Assembly (NCBI GenBank): GCA_038207335.1
Contig: JBBQZX010000018.1
Span: 49,691-113,690 of the forward strand
DNA from: Chthoniobacterales bacterium
GTDB lineage: Bacteria; Verrucomicrobiota; Verrucomicrobiia; Chthoniobacterales; Chthoniobacteraceae
Direction of reading: 5' to 3'
DNA: 64,000 bases
Shown here: one piece after another, positions 9,805-19,170 of the stretch
How positions within the stretch are numbered: the first letter of the stretch is position 1
Layout of the letters: every line of letters begins with the position of its first letter
Made by a program: the position numbers and the translations under genes
Notes under the pieces: model-generated
What the model was told of the DNA's origin: nothing
Databases searched by the model: none
The model's input: the letters and a program-made list of their open reading frames with translations, nothing else

Positions 9805-11084
9805 ATTTCGCGAGCCCACTCCGGCCGCTCGCGGAGGTGATACAACATCTCCCCAGCCTTCGGAACCAGCAGCACGCCCTCGTCCTCGCGGTTCGCAAAA
9901 TCCGCCGGGTCGATCGTCGCAGGGTCGCGATAACCGAGATTCACCGCCTCGCATTCCTCGCGCGGGATACCGGTCGCGAGCGTCACGCGGACGCGCAGCT
10001 TCTCCACGCCGTTCTCGTATTTTCCGATCCCCGCGACGTGCGTCGAGTGCGCGAGCGTGCCCCACGGGAAATCTTTGAACTTCTCCCACTGCCCCAAAAA
10101 ATAGCCGACGCAGTGATAGCCGACCCGTCGGATGAGGTCGCCGTGCGTGACCGAAATCTCGTGGATGTGCGGCGCGTAGATAATGAGTTCGCCCCCATCC
10201 GCGATCACGGGCTCGAGTTTATACATGCACTTCGCGCCGACCCAGAGTTCGTCATACATCTTCGGAGCGCACGAGAGGACTGTGTGAAACGGGCGCTCTT
10301 TATACGTGATGTGCAGCCGCCGCGAGAGCTCGGAAGCCTGATCCCATGCGGCTTCCGGGCTGCCGATGAAAAGCCCCGCGAGCTGTCCGGCCTCGACGAC
10401 CATGCACATGCACAGCTTCGGGACGGTCACCATTGCACCGACGTGATCGACCACTTTTCTCACGGGCGTCCATTTGTTTCCGATGATCAGCGGGTTCGTG
10501 ACGATCGCACCGAGCCAGTGGAAAAAATTGAGCACTTCCGGCCCGCTCACGCCGGGGAAGAGGTATTTGTTGCCGCCGGAAAAACCGACAACCTCGTGAG
10601 GAAAAACCGGGCCGCAGATCACGAGCTGATCGTAGTCGAAAATACGCGCGTTGATGTTCACCGGCACCTCCATCGCGAAGAGTCCGCCAGTCAGCTCGCG
10701 TGTCGTCTCCTCGCTCAGCGTGCCGATATTTCGCAGAGCGCCGGGGTCGTCCCACGCGTGATTGAAAAATCGGACGCCCGCATATTTCCCACTCCGCTCC
10801 TCCGCCGATATCTCTAGCCGCGCACAAATCGCCTCGTCGCTCATCGGTTGATGCGTGCCGAGCGCGATCATCACATCGAAGGCTTTCGTGACATGCCCGA
10901 CCTGATCGAAAATCCCGGTAAACAGCATCCCCAGCGGGCATGTCCGTGTCGCATCCGGCACGATCAGCAAGATGCGCCGGTCTTTGAAATCCTTTGCCGG
11001 ACAGGCCTGCGCGATGAGCTCGCGCGTCTGCTCGGTACTCAGATTCGACCCGTCGGGAGCGGTTTTTGAGATCGTGGGAGCCAT
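9801..11084 (-). CDS. Lactate racemase (LarA/DUF2088) superfamily protein
   Basis: LLIVPDATRT, IALGTHQPM, NHAWDD, VFPHEVVGFSGGNKYLFPG; start trimmed to ATG 11084. Confidence 0.85.
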   Translation of the reverse strand: MAPTISKTAPDGSNLSTEQTRELIAQACPAKDFKDRRILLIVPDATRTCPLGMLFTGIFDQVGHVTKAFDVMIALGTHQPMSDEAICARLEISAEERSGKYAGVRFFNHAWDDPGALRNIGTLSEETTRELTGGLFAMEVPVNINARIFDYDQLVICGPVFPHEVVGFSGGNKYLFPGVSGPEVLNFFHWLGAIVTNPLIIGNKWTPVRKVVDHVGAMVTVPKLCMCMVVEAGQLAGLFIGSPEAAWDQASELSRRLHITYKERPFHTVLSCAPKMYDELWVGAKCMYKLEPVIADGGELIIYAPHIHEISVTHGDLIRRVGYHCVGYFLGQWEKFKDFPWGTLAHSTHVAGIGKYENGVEKLRVRVTLATGIPREECEAVNLGYRDPATIDPADFANREDEGVLLVPKAGEMLYHLRERPEWAREM

Positions 11085-11115
11085 GAGAAACTCTAGCTCA
11101 GAAGACGGCTCTTGC

Positions 11116-11925
11116 TCAAATCGTCTGCGATAAAAAGCCGCCATCGACGCGGAGGTCGATGCCGGTGACGAAGCCCGCGGCGCGGCGGCTCGCGAGGAAA
11201 ATCGCGGCTCCGACGAGTTCTTTCGCGTCGCCAAAACGCGCCATCGGCGTGTGGCCGAGGATGGATTGCGTGCGCGCGGTCGGGGAGCCGTCGTTGTTGA
11301 AGAGCAGTTTGCGATTTTGCTCGGCGGGGAAAAAGCCGGGGGTCAGCGAGTTCACGCGGACGCCTTTCGTCGCCCACTCGCGCGCAAGGAATTGCGTGAG
11401 GCTCAGCACGGCGGCCTTTGAGGCGGAATAAGTGACGACTCGCGAGAGCGGCAGATGCGCGGAGACGCTCGCGATATTGATGATGCTGCCGAGTCCTCGC
11501 GCCGCCATCGCCGGGCCGAATTCCTGGCATGGCAGCAGCGCACCGCCGACGAGGTTCAGGTCGAAATTCGCGCGCCAATCGTCGGCGGAAATCTGCTCGA
11601 ACGAGCGCTCCGCTGTAACCGTGACTTTCGGGTCGTTGCCGCCCGCGGCATTCACCAAGACGGTCGGCGCGCCGAGTTCCGCGGAGATCACCGCGTGCGC
11701 TGCGGCGAGACTCGCGCGGTCGGTGGAATCCGCGGACACGAACATTGCGCGCCCGCCCGCATCGACGATCGCCTTCGCCCGCGCCGCGCCACGTTCGGCG
11801 TTGCGCCCGAGCACCGCGACGCGCGCGCCCGCGCTCGCGAGGCCCTCGGCAAGCGCGCCGCCGAGGACGCCCGTGGCACCGATGACGACCGCAATTTCAT
11901 CCGACAAATCGAAGAGTGAATTCAT
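11116..11925 (-). CDS. SDR family oxidoreductase, D-mannonate oxidoreductase (Firmicutes UxuB-type)-like
   Basis: GATGVLG, NAAGGN, YSASK, PGFFPAEQNRKLL...ILGHTPMARFG, VDGGF. Confidence 0.8.
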   Translation of the reverse strand: MNSLFDLSDEIAVVIGATGVLGGALAEGLASAGARVAVLGRNAERGAARAKAIVDAGGRAMFVSADSTDRASLAAAHAVISAELGAPTVLVNAAGGNDPKVTVTAERSFEQISADDWRANFDLNLVGGALLPCQEFGPAMAARGLGSIINIASVSAHLPLSRVVTYSASKAAVLSLTQFLAREWATKGVRVNSLTPGFFPAEQNRKLLFNNDGSPTARTQSILGHTPMARFGDAKELVGAAIFLASRRAAGFVTGIDLRVDGGFLSQTI

Positions 11926-12070
11926 ACGGAAACGAGGACAACGGGGGCGGCGCGCGTTGGCAAGAACGCTCGGGTGCTTCGTGAATATGGATTGACAATT
12001 CGCGAACCACGCTAGCGAGTGTCCTCGCCGGAAACTGGCACCATCCCTTTCGTTTTGAAAATGGGCGCTT

Positions 12071-13057
12071 TCAGCGCTGCACTCGCCCGCCGTGTGTGCC
12101 GCGCGCTAGGGCTTCGACTTCGGAGAGGGAGACGAGATTGAAATCGCCGGGGATCGTGTGTTTGAGCGCGCTCGCGGCCACCGCAAAGTCCAGCGCGGCT
12201 TGCGATTTGTCACCGCGCATCAGCGCGAAAATCAGCGCGCCGGTGAAGCTGTCGCCCGCTCCGACTCGATCGACGATCGCGATGTCGTGCGTCTCGGAAG
12301 TGAACGCGCCGCTTTCATCGAAGAACATCGCGGCCCATTCCGTTTCGCATGCGCGCTCGGCCTTTCGCTGCGTCATCGCGACGCGCGCAATGCCAAATTT
12401 CTCGCGCATCTTCGCTGCGATCTCAGCCTCCGAGGCGCCTTCGATCCCGAGCACGCTTCGCGCTTCCTCTGCGCCGCAGACGCACAAATCGACATGCTCC
12501 AACAGCGGCGCGAGCACCGCGCCGGCCTGCTGCGGCGTCCAGAGTTTCGCCCGATAATTCAGGTCGAAACTCACCGTGAGCCCCGCCCGCCGCGCCGCAG
12601 CGCACGCCTCGCGACTCAGCTCCACGGCTGATTCCGAGAGCGCAGGCGTGATCCCGGACCAATGAAACCAGCGCGCCCCATCGAAGATTTTCTCCCAGTC
12701 AAAATCACCCGCCGACGCCTCGGAAATCGCGCTGTGAGCTCGGTCGTAAATGATCTTCCCCGCGCGCTGACTCGCCCCCTGCTCGAGAAAATAAACACCG
12801 ATCCGCGACCCGCCGCGCACGATCCAATCGACCCCCACGCGACAGCGCCGCAGCTCATCCAACGCGCGATCCGCGAGTTCGTTTTCCGGCAGCCGCGTCA
12901 CAAATCCCGCGCTCCCGCCGAGCTGCGCGATCATAACCGCGACGTTCGCCTCCGCGCCGCCAAACGTCACCTCGAGCTGCTGCGCCTGCGCAAACCGCTG
13001 ATGCCCCGGCGTCGTGAGACGCAGCATGATTTCACCGAAAGCAACAACGTCGGGCAT
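12071..13057 (-). CDS. kdgK: PfkB sugar kinase, 2-dehydro-3-deoxygluconokinase-like
   Basis: FGEIMLRL, GGAEANVA, SFDLNYRAKLW, VDRVGAGDSF, LKHTIPGDFN. Confidence 0.82.
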   Translation of the reverse strand: MPDVVAFGEIMLRLTTPGHQRFAQAQQLEVTFGGAEANVAVMIAQLGGSAGFVTRLPENELADRALDELRRCRVGVDWIVRGGSRIGVYFLEQGASQRAGKIIYDRAHSAISEASAGDFDWEKIFDGARWFHWSGITPALSESAVELSREACAAARRAGLTVSFDLNYRAKLWTPQQAGAVLAPLLEHVDLCVCGAEEARSVLGIEGASEAEIAAKMREKFGIARVAMTQRKAERACETEWAAMFFDESGAFTSETHDIAIVDRVGAGDSFTGALIFALMRGDKSQAALDFAVAASALKHTIPGDFNLVSLSEVEALARGTHGGRVQR

Positions 13058-13156
13058 AGCACCGGAGAATGTGCGATTCGCGCCACCCGCACCAAACGAA
13101 AAGCGCCGCCTCATCGGCGGCGCTGATCGCAATTCAATCTGCGCAGGATCGAGCCG

Positions 13157-13777
13157 CTACTCGGTCGGCAGCTCCTTGATCTCGATCTTCCGGAAGCTCA
13201 CCGCCCCGTGATTTCCCTGCAAAAAGATCGCGCCCGGCTCCTTCACCTTGTTGTCGATCTCACTCCCCGTCGCCACGTCGCATTCGACCGCGTCGTGGAT
13301 TTTGACGCCGTTCAAAATCACCGTGATCTTGTTCCCGACGATCGTCGCTTCGCACGTCTGCCACTCGCTTCCCGGCTTCGACACGAACTCCGACGGCGCC
13401 TCGAAATTGTAGATCGCACCGTTGCCGTTCTTCGCGGGCTTGCCAGCCGCGAAGTCGCCGAGGATCTGGAGCTCGTGCCGACCGCGCAGATAGAATCCCG
13501 AGTTCGACCCGTCCGGCACCTGATACTCGTAGCGCACCGTGAAGTTCCAAAACTTCTTGTCCGTCACGAGATCGACGCCGTGCTCGCCGGACTGCAAATC
13601 ATTGTGTAGCACGCCGCCGTCTTCGATCTTCCACGCGCTGTGCCCATTCTCTTCGCGGAGATGCCAGCCGGCCAGGTTTTTGCCGTTGAAAAGCGGCACG
13701 AACCCGGCATCCGAATCCGCCGCGAAAGCCGCGGACGCAGCGCCGATGAGTACGAGGAAAAGTGAAAGCAATCTCAT
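13157..13777 (-). CDS. DUF1080 family protein
   Basis: LFNGKNLAGW, SNSGFYLRG, ELQILG, IFLQGNHG; signal peptide. Confidence 0.9.
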   Translation of the reverse strand: MRLLSLFLVLIGAASAAFAADSDAGFVPLFNGKNLAGWHLREENGHSAWKIEDGGVLHNDLQSGEHGVDLVTDKKFWNFTVRYEYQVPDGSNSGFYLRGRHELQILGDFAAGKPAKNGNGAIYNFEAPSEFVSKPGSEWQTCEATIVGNKITVILNGVKIHDAVECDVATGSEIDNKVKEPGAIFLQGNHGAVSFRKIEIKELPTE

Positions 13778-13802
13778 AGGTATGAGTCGTAAATGACGCG
13801 CG

Positions 13803-14807
13803 TCACTTCACGTTCGGATTTGGTGCCGAGCTGCCGTCGGCGAGCCCGAGCGCCCATTTGATTCCGCCCAAAATGTGCGCCTGATACTGCTTGCTCATCT
13901 CCACGGAATTCTTCCGATCTTTCAAATCCGCGCTGTCATCCCACAGATCCTCGCGATGCCCGAGCGACGTGTAGAAAACGCGCCCTTTTTCCGCCATGCG
14001 GCACCACGAAACCGGAAAGAAAACCTCTTTCGTCACCTCATTCGGATCGTGGCGCATGAACCAAATCGCATGCACCTTCGACGAATCCTGACGCTTGATG
14101 TGATACATCTCCTCCTGCACCAAGTCCCATTTCGCGCCGATCCCACCATTCGCCGGATGCGACTCATCGCCCGCGATCAAATTCGCCGGCACTTGCGCGC
14201 CATGCCCGCCAAATTCGCCCTGCAGCATATCGAGATATCCGGGAAATCCGTGAAAAGTATCGCTCGCCGAGTGCATCCCCATGAACGCGTGCCCATCCTC
14301 GATCCATTTGATGAAACCGTCCTTGTCCGGCAGCAGCAGGTCGCCTGTCGTGTTGGCGAAAATCACGCCGTCGATGTTTTTGGCCTTCAGATTCTCGGGC
14401 GAAAGTTTCGCCAGGCTCGCCTTCATCTGCGTCTCGAAATCGCCCGCCGCCGACTTCGACTTCGCATCCATCTCCGGCGTCCACTTCGCCATCTCCGCCT
14501 CATACTTCTCCTTGTCCTTCGCGTAGTTTGCCTTCGCCTTTTCATCGGCGTCCGATTTCGGCTCATTCGGTTTGTTCGGCTTCCGCGGCACCTGCACATC
14601 GGGCTGCCGCGCAAAATCGACGATCGTGAATGCTTTCGATTCGTCCGCGAGCTTCTGTAGCGTCTTCTCCGCAGTCGCGATCGAGCTGTGTCGGAAGCCC
14701 GTCGTGACCGTGCAGACGATGACCTTTTTCGGCTCTGCCGCCTGTGAGGAAAACACCGGCAGCGCGAGCGCTGCGGCGAGGATGAGTGTGAGGGAGGTTT
14801 TGTTCAT
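13803..14807 (-). CDS. ThuA (trehalose utilisation-like) domain protein
   Basis: TTGFRHSSI, FANTTGDL, GMHSASDT, GRVFYTSLGH, HILGGIKWALG; signal peptide. Confidence 0.88.
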   Translation of the reverse strand: MNKTSLTLILAAALALPVFSSQAAEPKKVIVCTVTTGFRHSSIATAEKTLQKLADESKAFTIVDFARQPDVQVPRKPNKPNEPKSDADEKAKANYAKDKEKYEAEMAKWTPEMDAKSKSAAGDFETQMKASLAKLSPENLKAKNIDGVIFANTTGDLLLPDKDGFIKWIEDGHAFMGMHSASDTFHGFPGYLDMLQGEFGGHGAQVPANLIAGDESHPANGGIGAKWDLVQEEMYHIKRQDSSKVHAIWFMRHDPNEVTKEVFFPVSWCRMAEKGRVFYTSLGHREDLWDDSADLKDRKNSVEMSKQYQAHILGGIKWALGLADGSSAPNPNVK

Positions 14808-14894
14808 GTGGGTTGTTTAGGTGTGGTTTTTAGATGCGTGGGTAGATCGAGAACCCGCGTCGTGCGCATTGATTAGCGGCGGCGTTGCGACCTT

Positions 14895-15227
14895 TTAGAT
14901 TCCCATGTTCGAGAGCGTCACCGCGATGCGGTTCACCGTCTCCACGAGCTTCGGATGCGTTGCCTCCAGCCCATCTACCGACGCATTCAGCTCGCCGAGC
15001 GCGCCTTCGAATTGCTCCGGCTGCCGCTCCCCGCGGATACTTTCATCCGCCGAGGCATCGACCGATCGCGCCACCCGCATCGCCTCCGCCTCGCGCGTTT
15101 CAGACAGCATGCCGACCTCCGCCTTGAGCTGCTCGAGCAGCGCCAAAAGCTCCGCCTTTCCCGGCTCGGCGAGAGACTGGCTCTCTTGGACTTTCGTGCT
15201 AATTCGGTCGATGTGCTCCTGAATCAT
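14895..15227 (-). CDS. DUF4404 family small helical protein
   Basis: C-terminal LEATHPKLVETVNRIAVTLSNMGI signature. Confidence 0.8.
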   Translation of the reverse strand: MIQEHIDRISTKVQESQSLAEPGKAELLALLEQLKAEVGMLSETREAEAMRVARSVDASADESIRGERQPEQFEGALGELNASVDGLEATHPKLVETVNRIAVTLSNMGI

Positions 15228-15324
15228 GCGCCCACTTTACCGCCCCCGCGCGCACTCCACCATCGCCGAATGAATCCACCCTCGACCTTGTCTCCACGGG
15301 CATTCGCGGGTTTTCTTGGTGAAA

Positions 15325-15909
15325 ATGAATGCACCAAAAATCCTCGCCTTCGCCGGCAGCACGCGCACCGAATCCTTCAATAAACGCCTCGCCGCGATCG
15401 CCGCTGAAGGCGCGCGCGAAGCCGGTGCCGAGGTCTCGCTCATCGACCTTCGCGATTTTCCCATGCCGCTCTACGACGGAGATTTGGAGGACGAGAGCGG
15501 CCTCCCCGACAACGCCAAAAAACTCAAAGCGCTGCTCGTCGCGTGCGACGGATTCATCGTCGCCTCGCCCGAATACAACAGCTCGATCACCGGCGTCCTA
15601 AAGAACGCAATCGACTGGGCCTCGCGCACCGAAACCGACGCAGAGCAAGCACTGGCGGGCTTTCGCGGGAAGGTCGCCGCAATTTGTAGCGCCTCGCCAG
15701 GCGGCCTTGGCGGGATGCGCGGCCTCGTCACGTTGCGCTCCATATTGGGGAACATCGGCGTCATCGTGCTGCCCGACCAAGTCGCGATTTCGAGCGCCTC
15801 CACGGCCTTCGACGAAGCCGGCCAGCTCAAAGACGCCCTCAAGCAAAGCAGCGTCAAAGCCCTCGGCCGCACCCTCGCCGAACTCCTCAAAAAGACCGCT
15901 GCAAAATAG
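15325..15909 (+). CDS. NADPH-dependent FMN reductase
   Basis: ILAFAGSTRTESFN, SPEYNSSITGVLKNAIDWASR, SASPGGLGG. Confidence 0.92.
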   Translation: MNAPKILAFAGSTRTESFNKRLAAIAAEGAREAGAEVSLIDLRDFPMPLYDGDLEDESGLPDNAKKLKALLVACDGFIVASPEYNSSITGVLKNAIDWASRTETDAEQALAGFRGKVAAICSASPGGLGGMRGLVTLRSILGNIGVIVLPDQVAISSASTAFDEAGQLKDALKQSSVKALGRTLAELLKKTAAK

Positions 15910-15915
15910 CGCGCG

Positions 15916-16689
15916 ATGACCGGAATCGAAGCGCTCGCCCTCGCCACCGCGGCTGCGCTCGCAGGCGCGATCAATGCCGTCGCGGGCGGTGGCACGATGC
16001 TCACATTTCCCGCACTGCTAGCGTTCGGCACGCCAGCGGTCATCGCGAATGCGACGAGCACGCTGGCGCTCGTCATCGGCACAGCAGGGAGCATCTTCGG
16101 CTTCCGCTCGAAGATCGCAAAAGTGAAGCCGTGGCTCGGGCGCTTCATCCCCGCGAGCGCGCTTGGCGGCTTTCTTGGCAGTTGGTTGCTCACGCGCACG
16201 AGCGAGTCGGTGTTCGCGCGTCTCGTCCCGTATCTCATCCTTTTCGCGACTGTTCTTTTCGTCGCGCAAAACGCCTTCCGCCGCTTTGCGCGCACCGAGA
16301 AAGGCGAAACCCCCGTCACGACTCGGCGCGCAGTTTGGATCGCCGTGCTTTTCCAATTCGGCGTCGCGATCTACGGCGGATATTTCGGCGCTGGCATCGG
16401 CATCCTGATGCTCGCGTCGCTCGGCTTGCTCGGCCTCTCCGACATCCACGAGATGAACGCGCTCAAGAACATCCTCGGCTCGCTCATCAATCTCGTAGCG
16501 GCCGCGTGGTTCGTCGCCAGTGGCCTCATCGACTGGCCAAAGGCCGGGGTCATGACGGCAGGCGCGCTGGCGGGATATTTCCTCGGCGCGCACTTTTCGC
16601 AGCGCATTCCGCAGCCGCGCATCCGCCAGCTCATCACCGTCATCGGCCTCACGATTTCCGCCGTCATGTTCTACCGGCAGTTTGCATAG
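15916..16689 (+). CDS. TauE/SafE sulfite-exporter family membrane protein
   Basis: AGAINAVAGGGTMLTFPAL, ANATS, YGGYFGAGIG. Confidence 0.9.
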   Translation: MTGIEALALATAAALAGAINAVAGGGTMLTFPALLAFGTPAVIANATSTLALVIGTAGSIFGFRSKIAKVKPWLGRFIPASALGGFLGSWLLTRTSESVFARLVPYLILFATVLFVAQNAFRRFARTEKGETPVTTRRAVWIAVLFQFGVAIYGGYFGAGIGILMLASLGLLGLSDIHEMNALKNILGSLINLVAAAWFVASGLIDWPKAGVMTAGALAGYFLGAHFSQRIPQPRIRQLITVIGLTISAVMFYRQFA

Positions 16690-16759
16690 CCTAATCTCAA
16701 AGCGGGGGGCTGAGCCACACTTGATCGCCAGACGATCCGCCGCCATTTTCACAACCAAA

Positions 16760-17863
16760 ATGACCGCCCGCATCCTCGCGCTCACCGTCGCACTGCTCGC
16801 CCCATTTTCCCGCGCCGACGAGCCCGCACCACCCGACGAGCAAGCCCATTTCCTAGCCGGCCTACCCGTGCGCGGCACACCGCTGGAACATGTCTCGCTG
16901 ACCTACGAATGGACCGAGCACGCCAGCGCACTCGACGCCGCGTGGCGGAAACTCGAATCCCGCCAACTCGCTCCGATCCGAGCCTGGTCGCCCCAATTCC
17001 TCGGCCTCGCCGCAACCGAAACCACCCCACTTTTCTACACATTCAGCGGCCCCGATTTCCTCTACGCACACGCATTTTTCCCAGACGCCTCGACCTATAT
17101 CCTCTGCGGCATCGAGCCCATCGGCGCGCTGCCAGATGTCATGAGCGTCCCGACCGACACGCTCGCCCATTCGCTCGCGCTCCTGCGCCAGTCGCTCGAT
17201 TCCGCCCTAAATTTCGGCTTCTTCATCAGCAAAGACATGCGCGCCGAATTCGAGCAAAACCAGCTCAACGGCACGCTCCCCATCCTCTACATTTTCCTCG
17301 CGCGCTCCGGCTGCCACATCGATTCCGTCGAATTCCTCCGCGTCCAGAAAGACGGCACCCTCACGCCCGGCGAAGGCGCAAATCCCGGTGTAAAAATCAC
17401 ATTCACCACAACCGACCATGCACCGCAGACGCTCTACTACTTTTCGACCGACCTCTCCGACGGCCCGGTGGAAAAAAGTGGCTTTCTGCGCTGGTGCGAC
17501 ACATTCGGCGAGGGCAGCGGATTCTTGAAAGCCGCGTCTTATCTAATGCACGGCGGCAACTTCGACACCGTGCGAAAGTTCCTCCTCACGCACTGCCGCA
17601 CCCTCGTCGAGGACGACTCGGGGATCCCCCTGCGCTTCTTCGCCCCAACCAATTGGCGCCTGCGTTTCTGCGGTGCCTATCCCGGCCCGATCGAGATTTT
17701 CAAAGAACACTTCCAGCCCCAGCTCGCCGCCACTTTTCACGGCGCTCATCCCGCTCCACTGCCATTCGGCTTCGGCTACCGCTGGCAGCGCGCGGAATCG
17801 ACGCTCATCATCGCGAAGAAAAAAACGCCCGCGGTGGAAAACGCCTTACCGCCCGAGCAGTAG
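16760..17863 (+). CDS. Conserved secreted hypothetical protein
   Basis: Signal peptide from ATG 16760; globular sequence with LFYTFSGPDFLYA, LKAASYLMH, EDDSGIP; overlaps the convergent gene by 18 bp. Confidence 0.75.
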   Translation: MTARILALTVALLAPFSRADEPAPPDEQAHFLAGLPVRGTPLEHVSLTYEWTEHASALDAAWRKLESRQLAPIRAWSPQFLGLAATETTPLFYTFSGPDFLYAHAFFPDASTYILCGIEPIGALPDVMSVPTDTLAHSLALLRQSLDSALNFGFFISKDMRAEFEQNQLNGTLPILYIFLARSGCHIDSVEFLRVQKDGTLTPGEGANPGVKITFTTTDHAPQTLYYFSTDLSDGPVEKSGFLRWCDTFGEGSGFLKAASYLMHGGNFDTVRKFLLTHCRTLVEDDSGIPLRFFAPTNWRLRFCGAYPGPIEIFKEHFQPQLAATFHGAHPAPLPFGFGYRWQRAESTLIIAKKKTPAVENALPPEQ

Positions 17864-18865
17864 CCGCAGAAACTCCCCATCCGAAAATCGCGCGTCGGTA
17901 CCCTGCCGCACGATGATCAACTCCATCGACGGAATCACGAAAAGCCGCTGATACCCCGAGCCCACCGCCGCCACCAAATCCGCCGGTGCCGCACGGCAGA
18001 TGCACGCCCGCCGCCAATCCTGCTGCGCCCACTTTTTCTCAAGCATCTCCTCGATGTCGAATTCCCGCGCCCCGGCGCTGCCTGCCGTGCGATTATTCCA
18101 GAAGCCAATGCCAAACGCCGGATTCGCGCCCGTGCCCCAGAAACACTGTGCCAGCGAGCCTTCCGCGACCACGGGCGAGCCACCGCGCAGGATCAGCCGC
18201 CCCATCCGCGACCACTGCTCCGCCGTCATCTGAAAACCCGATGCCAGCAGCGGATTCCCGGCCCCGTCAAGCTTGTAAATCTGCGTCCCGAGTCCCAGCG
18301 GCTTCATCACTTTCTTCTCAAGCCACCCGACCGGCGTCGTCCCGCGCGCCGCGAGTTTTCGTTTGAAAATCTCACCAAATACCTGCAGCGCCGCCGGCCC
18401 GTAGATGAAGCTCCTGCCGGCCTCCCCAACGATCGGCACCCGCAGCGCCACCGAATTCCGATCCGGCAAATCGCTGTGCAAATGAAACTCCGCATCCAGC
18501 CCGCTCGTGAAGCTCAGCAGCTCCCGGATCGTCAGGCGCGACTTCGCCGCATCCTCGCGCCACTCCGGCAGCGTTTCCGCCGCGCGCTCGTCCATTTTCA
18601 AAATCCCATCCTCCGCCGCCGCCAGCGCCGCCAGCACCCAAAAGCTCTTCGTCCCGCTGTAAATTTTATGCGGCTCTCCCCTTGCCGCACCATTTTCCAC
18701 CTCATGAAAAAGCACATTTTCATGTTGGATCACGAGCAGCTCCAGCCCCCGCCGCGCCGTCGAATACCGCGCCGCCGCCGCGATGTCCGCGCGCCTCAAA
18801 TCGCCCGCAAACGCGCTCTCGCACAGCAATCCGACGATCAAAAGAATTCCGAATCGCGTTCGCAT
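17846..18865 (-). CDS. Serine hydrolase (beta-lactamase/AmpC-like family)
   Basis: YSGTKSF (SxxK), TIRELLSFTSGL, FIYG, AVGSGYQRLFVIPS. Confidence 0.87.
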   Translation of the reverse strand: MRTRFGILLIVGLLCESAFAGDLRRADIAAAARYSTARRGLELLVIQHENVLFHEVENGAARGEPHKIYSGTKSFWVLAALAAAEDGILKMDERAAETLPEWREDAAKSRLTIRELLSFTSGLDAEFHLHSDLPDRNSVALRVPIVGEAGRSFIYGPAALQVFGEIFKRKLAARGTTPVGWLEKKVMKPLGLGTQIYKLDGAGNPLLASGFQMTAEQWSRMGRLILRGGSPVVAEGSLAQCFWGTGANPAFGIGFWNNRTAGSAGAREFDIEEMLEKKWAQQDWRRACICRAAPADLVAAVGSGYQRLFVIPSMELIIVRQGTDARFSDGEFLRLLLGR

Positions 18866-18915
18866 TGACTCGATCTCTCCACTCTCAACCAAAAACTCTC
18901 AACTTCCAAAAAGAG

Positions 18916-18988
18916 TGGATGAGCTGGGAATCGAACCCAGAACCTAGCGATTAAGAGTCGCTTGCTCTGCCAATTGAGCTACTCATCC
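18916..18988 (-). tRNA. tRNA-Lys(CTT), CCA not encoded
   Basis: GGATGAG-TAGCTCAATTGGCAGAGC-A-AGCGA-CTCTTAA-TCGCT-AGGTT-CTGGG-TTCGATT-CCCAG-CTCATCC-A; full cloverleaf. Confidence 0.96.
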
Positions 18989-19170
18989 GAACGCCCTGTC
19001 GCAGTGGCCGGGCCACCTGACAAAAACGGGCGCGAACATTAGCCCCAGCGCGCCTCCCCTCAAGGCTTTTTTTTCGCACCACCCAGCTCCGAAAAGAGCG
19101 CCCCGCAAATCCGCAAAGGCTTGTCTGGAAAGCCATCTGCGACACTTTCCTGCGCCTCCCGCTTCCCAGC

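Noticed and set aside
9805..10089. N-terminal extension of the apbE ORF (and similar extensions on the 27478-29259, 29571-31349 and 47778 ORFs)
   Set aside because: They overlap well-supported neighbouring genes; homology and signal peptides begin at later starts.
11992..12020. Perfect TTGACA on the plus strand, possible antisense or sRNA promoter
   Set aside because: No convincing -10 at proper spacing and no clear structured RNA or terminator downstream.
18916..18988. tRNA-Lys as an integration site
   Set aside because: No duplicated 3' end or integrase seen in the window; the genes past its 3' end look host-like.
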